Notes under the pieces: model-generated
What the model was told of the DNA's origin: nothing
Seen by the model: the letters and a program-made list of their open reading frames with translations, nothing else
The model's database searches: none
Origin: Balanoglossus misakiensis
Taxonomy: Eukaryota; Animalia; Hemichordata
NCBI GenBank assembly: GCA_040954595.2
Contig: CM082596.2
Location: 6,212,791-6,276,790, forward strand
Direction of reading: 5' to 3'
Length of the DNA: 64,000 bases
Made by a program: the position numbers and the translations under genes
Shown here: positions 1-9,885 of the stretch, one piece after another
Position numbering within the stretch: the stretch's first letter is position 1
Layout: each line of letters starts with the position of its first letter

Positions 1-2320
1 TCGAAAGAAATGTCCCTGGAACGCACCTGCCCGCGGAAGAAAATAGGACACTATCTCCTCCTGTCCTTCCCCCTCGCCCTCTCTCTGATCATACCCTGTG
101 ATAATGTGACCAGTTCCCCCCTAAAATTTCCCAATGACGTCATCGTAATTTAAGCTCATATGTTCGCGTAATTTTGTGTTGTTGTTGCTTTTAGTGTCTC
201 ACACGCGTAATTGCGATTGTTAACATCCCTATGAAGTTTGGGGTCGGCGGGTAAAAATTGTGTATTTCAGATTGTAGGAACCACACTGTTTTCTGTCCGT
301 TTTTACCACGACCAGAAAACAAGAATATTTGCTGTGAGCGTTTGTGGCACGACTGTTGTCGTATAAAGGTTTTATACAAATGCACAGCGTTGCCAGTTAC
401 AAAATATACCTCCCTAACTTCTGAAATATTTTGTAAACATTTTCCGCTCAGCGAATTGTGTAATGTACCAGGTAACGCACGCTTTACGGTTTAACTGGTA
501 TTCAAAATTGCTTTTCTCAAAACGAGGTACAATTTGCATAATTGCGTTCCTGAGTCACTCACGCCGCATTGATAGACGGGCAGACGAGTTTTATTCACAA
601 TTTTCTAAAATCATCATTTCTCGCTGCAACCATCGACTTTTGAAATGGTCACAAAAGAAGCCCCGTTTGATTGACAGGTTGGGTCAACACATCAATCCGT
701 CTATTTCCTTAGCGCTATTCAACATAATTGCTCGCAAAATTACCTTTATTTTTGTTAGATGTCAATTACATTCCTCGTTGGGCTCAAATTTTCTCTTTTC
801 ACCGAGTGAGAACAAAACAACTGCACCACCAAATGAAAATGATAAAATCGAGGCGATTGAAATTACATTCGGTAAATTGTCGTGTCGGGTTTCCAGCACA
901 CGGGCGGAATTTGATTTGCGGGCTTTGTAACGTCTTTATCGCCCGAACACAAGAGGTACTTTCAACCTCGCCTCTCGTCTAAAATTGAGATATTGAGTTA
1001 GAGATTGTGTCAAATATTCCCGCCGTGTATTGAATTCGTCATTACTTGTCCGCTTCAGTTTTTTTTACTGACATCGATAATCGAGCAATAACACTGCCGT
1101 AATATTTTCCTCGTGTGTGCTGTATTGAAGAATATATTTACCCCGGGTAACGTTTTTTCTCGCATCGATTATCGCGAGATAACAATGCAGACGTCTTGAT
1201 TAAACATTACATATCGGGCGTGCGAATTCCTGAAGCGAGAAATGGACGCGTTACAGATGCACTCCGCGGCTTGGCTATAAGTTCTGGAATACAACGATAT
1301 GTTTTCCCGAAACAAGAAAGAGATTGTAATGTTACTCTTTGCCGATTAAACCACCGTATGCTCGAAAAACATATAGTTATGTTATATGCATATTCATGTT
1401 CTTCCATATTCATTTAACATATATGACACCAAGATATGTACCTGTCCATGGGGCTTTTTTATGTCGAATACAAAAATTGGACCATTTATACGAGATTTCC
1501 AACACATCGATCGGCCAGGCCACATATAAATGTCTGTCCGTTTAATTATCTTTAGAGGTATTTATTTAACCACTATTTCTAGTCAAGTTTAGCTGATCTA
1601 GTGTTCTAATCAAAATACATGTATGTGTTAAATGCGCGAAATCAGACTACAGCATTTACAGTTTAGTTTTACTGTGGAACGAAGGAATGAAAGGTTCGAT
1701 GGCTGGCAATATCGCAATGCCCACCCAAGGAACAAAACACCCCACTTGTGCGCATCTGTTGTATTTTCATCGAAAATACTTCCAGGTTAAGTGTACCACA
1801 AGAGAGCGCTCAAGTATTATTGTTGCACAAATATTTACCACCACAGTTGGTGAAAAGTGACAGTTCGAGGCGATGGCTAGATTCGGCGGGATTATCCACT
1901 AGACCCATTGTCGCCGGCGGGCCGCAGATTGACTCCAACAACGCACTTAAAACGGGCGGAATTGGTATACCTGTTTGGAAAATATCTCAAGCGAAAATGC
2001 CGCTAAGCTTCTGTAATGGTTTGGGCTATTTTAATTAGGAAAACGATATAAACCATAAGATTAAGTCGAATGTAAGTTGTTGGTAGAATTATTTGAAATG
2101 TCACCCTGGGCTTAGGAGGCGCTGTATTCTCTCTTGTCGGTCAATGGATTATAGGAACTTCCAGACATGTCACAATGGATGAGGAAATAGATAGACAGAG
2201 TTGATAATGAGGCATCAGTACAATAAATCTATCAGCATTTATTACATGAATGTATATAGATTCTTTATCCACTCTCATACATGCATACATAGTCTCTTCA
2301 CTACTATCAATGATACATTC

Positions 2321-2542
2321 ACATACATACATACATACATACATACATACATACATACATACATACATACATACATACATACATACATACATACATACAT
2401 ACATACATACATACATACATACATACATACGCACGCACGCACACAGACGTCGACAGACAGACAGACAGACAGACTGACAGACACACACACACACACACTC
2501 ACTCACTCACTCACTCACTCACTCACTCACTCACTCACACAC
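2321..2542. repeat. Compound microsatellite (ACAT)n-(GCAC)n-(GACA)n-(AC)n-(TCAC)n
   Basis: Read directly; explains the YIHT/MYVC repeat ORFs. Confidence 0.97.
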
Positions 2543-5360
2543 AGAAATACACAAGAAAGCCTTGAGTGCGACAATTCAGACGTCAACTCAAAATATACAA
2601 GACACTTCGTTTTCCCCAAAACAGTTCTCACGGCTGCATGTAACTATCCAATTTTCTTAAATTTATTAAAGACGCGGTGATTAAGATTTTAAGATATCTG
2701 AGGTCTTCTTGGCATGACAAAAATTCCAAGATTTCAATTAAAGACGGCAAGGAAAGTTGAAGCTATGTGTTAGGAAATGCTTCCCGTTGCGTTTATACAG
2801 ATTTGTCCCATGTTCGGCTGGTTGTCAATGAAACCGAAAAGGGGCCACTTGAGTTGAAAAATCCTCTCCGTCGCTTAGAAAGAAATATATTTTTAACATT
2901 GTTTACGCGCACGGTCTCTCGTTACACGGTCACTTTGCATTGTTTACGGTTGTCCAAGTGTTCGGTATGGTCTGGGCGCGGTACGGGAGACCAAACGCTC
3001 CATCCGCGGAGTCCGGCTTCAAAAGTCGCGATAAAACAACGCCGAATTCCGCACGTGTTTGTTGATAACGCCGTGGGCCTTTGCCGAGGATGTTATGACT
3101 GAGCCGTGTGGTGGTGGCTGACGCAAAGTGCTGCGATGTCTGCGCCGTTTCCAAGCTGATAAAATACTCTGTGTGTCGTATATACTTTCTTTTATCTGCA
3201 AGTGTTGTCTGGAATATTAAAGCCATGGTTTTTACTTTTAGCAGACGTTCGTCACAGCTGTGCGTGTAGTTTGCTTTCATATTTTCACAATATGGTGCTT
3301 TTCATAAACTTGGTAGGGCTGCAGCGTTCTTCGGGAAGGCGGTTGAGGCCTACTGTTAAATTTATAATCCAAATTCCGGGGTGTTTCTTTTAATAAAAGC
3401 ACATACAGTATAAAATCACGTGATAACATGTATAATAGCTATGTCAGATAGTTACACAAGTGGGATCACTAAATAGTCACGTGTTCTTGTGAAATACACT
3501 CGTAAAAATTCAGCCTCCGGGGCACGGCAGTATTTCAAGAAATCCTTCCGCTTTCACTCGGTGATTAGGCGAGATCCGGGCGAGTTTACTGACCAGATCC
3601 ATATATTAAAATCGCGCACCCTCTCCGGACAACGCCCAGGCTGCTGCCGTAAAAGAGGGCAGTAGCTTACGGCGATCGGCTGTTTTCTTACGCTCCATAG
3701 ATCACACAGCCACTACCATCAGTGATAATTGATCCTTAGAATATAAACACCCCGTATGGAGAAGAACTGATGGGCTAGTTGACCAATAAACCACAAGTAG
3801 GGAAGGCCGGTGTTGTGTTTCATCTACCTACATCTATGAGCCGTATTGAATTACTCTCTTTGTTTTTTTTTAACTGCTGAGAAACACGTGAAGCAAATAC
3901 ACACACACACCCTATAAAAAGCTGAATTGAAGTAAGGGATTGTACGAATATAATCAGAGGGAGGGTTGGAGTAATAAAGGGGATGTCATTTCAGTAAGTA
4001 TCGCGCTGGGGGGGGGTGTCAATTTCAAGTGTTCAGTGAGAATCTTACTTTCTAAACACTTTGGGTCATTTTAATGATCGGGATTTTTTTTTTGCAATGC
4101 GCTCCGACATCATTTTCCAAAATACAATGTAAAACTGACAGTTAGAAAAGCTGGTGATATATAGTATACTCTTAAGAAAAATACAGTTTAGTATGGAAGG
4201 GTAAAATCAACGAATTTCCCTGTCTGGGCATATCCACCACGAGGAGGCGCTGTTGATTCAACTACAAGTGATACTGATAGATACCAGCTGCGTGGGATGA
4301 AGGCACAGATACCACAAACAAAAGTATTCGAGAGAGTCCTTTGTCTGAACATTTGTATAGATGCGTCCGGGTCAAGGGTCAGTTGTTTTGTGAAATTCAC
4401 TTTTTACGTAACAGCAGGGTCACTTACGAGTTAATTGCAAAAGGGCAAACTTGAACCCCACACGAGGAAAAAAACTAAAAGGGGCTTGGTTTCTTCAAAA
4501 GCGGAATTTGTGGAACACTCTGAGGTAGAAGTGGATGAAGGTATTTGGATAATTTTCCGATTTTTTAAGTGTATCTTTCTTCCAGGGGGCGACGCATTCC
4601 CGTCGATGTTTTTCAACGCTTTTAACGGAAACGTGAACTGTCTGTATGGGTGTGTGTGTGTTTACTCTGTCCACTTAGAGAAAGCACTCTCGCCTCCGTC
4701 GGCAAACATCGCTGAAGGGTTCCGCTCAGTGGCTCAAAACAGTGGCAAATTGAACACGCCACTTGTGGAAGTGTAACTTCATTTCGGGCCAATCATGTCA
4801 AATATGTCCGCCGGTCCATCGACACAGATTCCTTCAAGGGGTGTTCAAGTTATAAAATGACATCGTGGCCTGTATCGTGTGTCGTGTAAATTTGCCAGCG
4901 ATGGCCGCCATTATATATACGTAGTTGTTCACAAGTGTTTTACATTGAAAATATACTTTTGTTTCGATACGTGTAAATACTAAACTGATGAAATTTACCG
5001 ATAGTTTTGTCTCACAGTACCATTTTTGTTGTGAGAAAACAGTATTCTCGGACAGACATGAAATAGCGGCTGTGTGTTATTTCTTCAATCACGTGTAACA
5101 AGTATTTTCCCACACAAGGGGCCCGCCTGTATCTCATACATATACAAGACTTTGGGGGGGGGGGGGATATGACGTTTGCAAAATAGTTGGTAGACATCTA
5201 TTTGACTGTTTGCAAATTTCATACTGAAGCTACGCATGCAGCAATGTGCATCGATATAGATGGAATGGACACCTTTTTATTTGATTCTTATTAGCATAAC
5301 AATGTACATTCCATGATCCAACAGGGGCCCGGAGGTGTGTACATGTACATGTAACCGGCC

Positions 5361-6453
5361 ATGGATACCGAATTCGATCTCCGCGCAGGCGACCTGAGCA
5401 CCCTTCCCATGGTGCTTTTCAGGACGACGTCCAAGAAGATCGTCCAACTGGACCTCAGCGTCAACCGCCTCACCACGCTGCCATGGCAACTGTCCGACTT
5501 CACCCGGCTCCGCACCATCCTTCTGCGCTGCAACGAATTCCGAGAAATTCCACCGGTGCTGTTCAAAATGGCGGATCTGACTCACCTGGACGTCAGCAAC
5601 AACCGCCTGACTTCTGTCCAGGATTTCATAGCCTGTCTGAAAAACTTACAAGTGCTCAACTTGAGTTTCAATAAAATAGGCGACTTGCCGTCGAACTTTG
5701 GCGGCAGTTTCGCCAGGATGAAGACGCTGGACCTCAGCAACAACGAGCTGAGCGAGATCCCGGAAGACCTGTGCGAGATCAAAACTTTGGAAGTTTTCAA
5801 CATCGGTAACAATAACATCACGAAGCTTCCCGAGGACCTCGCGAAATTGGCCAATCTGAGAGTTCTTGGAATTGAAGGGAATGTGCTCATGGACTTCCCC
5901 GAATGCGTCTGCAGGCTGTCAAATCTCACAGAACTGAAAGCAAGCAATAACAGTTTCCAGTCCATCCCTGATCACTTCGGGAAGAACTTGTCGCGCCTGG
6001 AGGAGTTGTTGCTGAGCGACAACAACCTGAAGACTCTCCCGGACAGTATCTGCGATCTTGTGAATCTGACGACGCTGGACTTGCGAAATAACAAACTTCG
6101 GAGGCTACCGGCGAATTTCGGAAACCTGGAAAACCTGGGGAACGTCGAGGACAGTCATTTCAGCGTGGAACACAACCCTCTGGAAGACCCGCCCCTGGAG
6201 ATCTGCCTGCGCGGCATCGACGTCATCCGCGAGTACCAATCAGGCAGCGGCTTCATGGCGCTGCGCAAGAAGGTGGCGGAGAGGCAAAAACTGAAGAGGT
6301 CCGAAGTGACGTCAAGTACCTTGTCGCTGGCGTCCAACGCGTCGACCGTGTGCGACAAAGAGTACAGCATGGAGCGAAGGCTGCGCGGGATTGCAATTCT
6401 CATCGATAACTTGGGAGTTTACAACACTGTCACTGGAAACGAGTCTGACTCCG
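5361..6453 (+). CDS. LRR-caspase coding exon 1 (LRR array, linker, start of caspase p20)
   Basis: ATG in GCCATGG context; GC-rich coding composition; ends at GTAAGA donor, phase 1. Confidence 0.9.
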
Positions 6454-7186
6454 GTAAGACAATCAACAGGTGGTTGCCATCATGATTCAGCCGGACCATT
6501 TTCCGCGCAGCTGCCCGAAATTTTTTGCTTCAAACTTGCTTTTCTGTGCATTCTCTTTTTCTTCCGCTCTTATCAATTTTTTTAATAATATTATTTACTT
6601 ATTTCTCTTTACAGAAAAGCTGTTTCAAGTGTTCACTAAGCTTGGATTCGTAGTTCGCCTGTACACAGACAGAACCTCGGAGGAAATCAGCCACATAATG
6701 GAAGTGGTTGGCATGGAGGACCACTCCCAATTCGACAGCATGCTGGCGTGCTTCATCTCTCACGGCTCCCCGGACATGATCTTCGGCTACGACTCCCTCC
6801 CCGTGCCCTTCCTGGACCTGGTGAAGCCGGTGACGGCCCGGCGGTGCCCGTCGCTCGCCGGGAAGCCCAAGATATTCCTGTCGCACCTCTGCCTGGAGGA
6901 GCAGAGCATCGACGACATCATCGACATGACCCCGGAAGTCCAGCTCCTCCCGAAGTCGAAGAACTGGGAGGACTTCATCTTCTGTTTCAACATCTTCTAC
7001 CAGCTGGGGTCGCTGCAGAGGACCGTGTACATGGAAAAGCTGGTTTCCTTCTTACAAGAGCATCCTCCGGACAAGGACTTGAAGCAGACCTTGCGTGACG
7101 TCATCGATTCGGCGGCCGAAGAGACGACGTCACGACTCGTCTTTGCCCCGTTTTCGACACTGAAGAAGAAAATCATATTGAAGTAA
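5361..7186 (+). CDS. LRR-caspase fusion protein: ~11 LRRs plus a divergent caspase-8-like peptidase C14 domain, 554 aa, join(5361..6453,6615..7186)
   Basis: ORF 5361-6485 has repeated LxxLxLxxNxLxxLP units and an NPLEDPPLEICLRGIDVIREY cap. The donor TCCG|GTAAGA (6453/6454) and acceptor TTTCTCTTTACAG|AA (6614/6615) form a phase-1 intron joining it in frame to ORF 6470-7186. The spliced C-terminal part reads YSMERRLRGIAILIDN..GNESDSEKLFQVFTKLGFVV..DHSQFD..ISHG..CPSLAGKPKIFLSHLC..DFIF..STLKKKIIL, i.e. caspase p20+p10 motifs in order. Confidence 0.9.
6615..7186 (+). CDS. LRR-caspase coding exon 2 (caspase-like catalytic domain)
   Basis: Pyrimidine-rich acceptor; SHG at 6758-6766; candidate catalytic Cys codon TGC at 6890-6892; TAA stop at 7184-7186. 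Confidence 0.9.
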
Positions 7187-9629
7187 AAATCAAGAGTTTG
7201 TATCGGAGCTAGTGGAATGGGAAACAGATAATCAAGCGTTGGTAAACTTAAATTATCTCTCCAGTACCAGCCAAACTGACAATCAACACTGACGGGTCGT
7301 ACGATGCTGTATACATAATACATGTATGATGCACGACTGTGGGATTTTAAACATAAAGCCTTGAAAATTAATTAAATCGTTTACAAGTTATTTTAGTGCA
7401 GAGAGTGTGATTTTAATGAGGGGTAAATCACGTAGAGACGAGATTAACAACTCTTTACTAAAATATCTGATGGAATATATGGTTCTTAACAAGAAATTTA
7501 CTTAATGAATAATTAATTTGTGCGGATTAAATTAAAGTAATGAAAGTCAGATGCAATTGATTAATACGAGAGAATATTCGTAGTGAGTCCAGTTTTTTGG
7601 ATACATGTAATTTGATCATGTATTTCATAATGCAATCATTTGAGATTTGTAAATGATTACAAGTAAGCGAGTGTATGCATAACTTGCCAAGGAAAGCAAC
7701 TGTTTCTCCCAGTCACTGACAGTGAACGAACGTGGTGGCTGAAAAATAATAAAACTGACAGCTGTCAATTGTCAAATAACAATTTCATGTATGATATTTA
7801 TTATTATACGCAAGTGGGACATGTCAAGTTTCGTATAACTTGTGTTAATGTTGAAGAATGTAGACATATTACAAACAACTGACATTTCAAAACCATTGAT
7901 AGAGGGCGCTAAGTGATTATCATCAACGTGAGTTATAGTGCGCATGTCTGTACGAGCACCACATTTTCAACATCGTAAAATGTTTACATTTTTGTTCGTT
8001 CGTTGACAGTCAATTTTTAGTTTTTTTTTTCGATAAATGTGTCTGTGGTTCCACTATAACCGCGCTATTTTATCAGTTGGATAAATTAATTTGAGTATGT
8101 TTCAAAAGCCGTACCAACCGCGTTGGAATTGGAACGGTCTGTTGCCAGCTGGATTTTAGGACCAAGCCAGGAACATGGAAGATGGATGCGTGTGTGTCCG
8201 AGTCCTAGGTGTAGTTGTAGTTAGACTAGACGAGTTTACTGCGATATTCAAGACTAGGGAAGCAAGGTTAGTAGGTTAGACTCTGCGAGTCATTAACCGA
8301 CGCTTGCGAGCATCTTTTTTGTGCGAACCGGGAGTGTGGACGACTTGAACAGCTGACAGGTGTTCGCGTATGACCTACACTGTATATGTTGTGATTGCGT
8401 AATGTAGGTGGGTACCTGGGGCATGAGATGTTGGACCATCACCAGAAACCGACCGTATTTGCGTGTTATTGTGTCTATTCTATCATTTTTAAAGGTTCTT
8501 ATTTAGTTTTTTATAAACTCGTTTGAAATTTTGATTATTTTAAAAGTTGTCAACGTGTCGTCAAATACGGGATACGAAATTTGTCAGGCAACAAACAGCG
8601 CATGCTTTACATAGAAGTGAACGACTCGCGAATTTTTAGTGTGTAATGTTTGTTCATTTTACACCGTTTTCAGTTTTTACAACGTACGCCTGATCACGTC
8701 GCACAAAATTGAGATGAAGTGTTGTGAAGTGATGCAGATCAACATTTATTCTATCATGTACATTGCTTGCACGTGAAAGACATCACATTTGGTAAAAGAA
8801 AACGGATTCGCAATCACATATGCGGTTGATAATATGAGCATGATAAACAAAATAAATTTCAGAAGTGTGTCTGAGGGCGCCATGTTACCATCATCCCCAT
8901 CCTTCAAAGATAATTATGCTAAATACAACTAATATTCTGAGTTTTAGATACATAATACATTACTGTAAGTACTCAATACTCTAAAATAGGTTTTCGATAT
9001 TAAATTAACTCATGCAACTTGGTCTTGACCATAATACATAATACCCAAAGAAAAAACATTAGAAAACGGTCCTACCGATAATTATCAACTTTCTACATAA
9101 TCACTAGCTAACCAAAAATGGTGGGAATGTAAGCTGAAAACTCCCATTGAAAGTTCAGCAAGAAACAAACTTTCTATTTACAAAATATCTATGTCTCTGA
9201 CAGCATATGATATGCAAGTCCTAAATCTGTTACACATTCGGAGCTGACAAAATAAAGAAAATGTCCATATGAGTCCGGGCCCTGCAGCTTAGAGTCAAAA
9301 TATCTGACACTTCTGGAGTCCAATATCCATTTTAGTGTGCCACTTGAGTTAGTTTTGAAAACCATCACAATAGTAAATATAACGAATATCCATTATTATT
9401 AATCCAATAGACAATGTCTTCAGGCATGGTAACCTCTCGTCTTTTGTCCAAAGCCACGAACAAGTTGAGAAAAAAAACGCCACTGGAAATCCCTTCGACA
9501 GTCTTGCTTGGTGCTGAAGATGTCTCGCAGGTATGTGATTTTCATTTCTCTGTGTACCACCATGACAGCTTCGCATTTTCTGAGCATCACAGAGGGTTGA
9601 CCCAGTCACGAGAACACACAGTTTCAACA

Positions 9630-9849
9630 CTACCTCAGCGTCGTGTCCTGTCTTTTCAGTTTCATTCTCAACCAGTTGGTGGGTGCCACACAGTGAATTG
9701 TAAATTCCCTTGAGTAGGGTCCATTGAAAGAGTTGCCAGCCTGCAGTAGACAATCACAGTGAAATAGAACATTTTTTCGCTGATCAGTCAGTTTGATTTG
9801 CATACAATATTCCATAGTCTTCTTCATCATCATTGATATAATCACTACC

Positions 9850-9885
<36 letters not shown>

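Noticed and set aside
2141-2680. ORFs with YIHT / MYVC / HSLT repeats
   Set aside because: Translations of the compound microsatellite.
463-3393. Several 80-155 aa ORFs in the CpG-rich left end
   Set aside because: No recognisable domains and no phase-consistent exon chain found.
6454-6614. N-terminus of ORF 6470-7186 (MVAIMIQ...YLFLFT) as a hydrophobic leader, and C-terminus of ORF 5361-6485
   Set aside because: This is the T-rich intron; splicing restores the caspase motif GxxxDxxxLxxxF.
5277-7098. Overlapping antisense or alternate-frame ORFs over the LRR-caspase gene
   Set aside because: Shadow ORFs caused by GC-rich codon usage.
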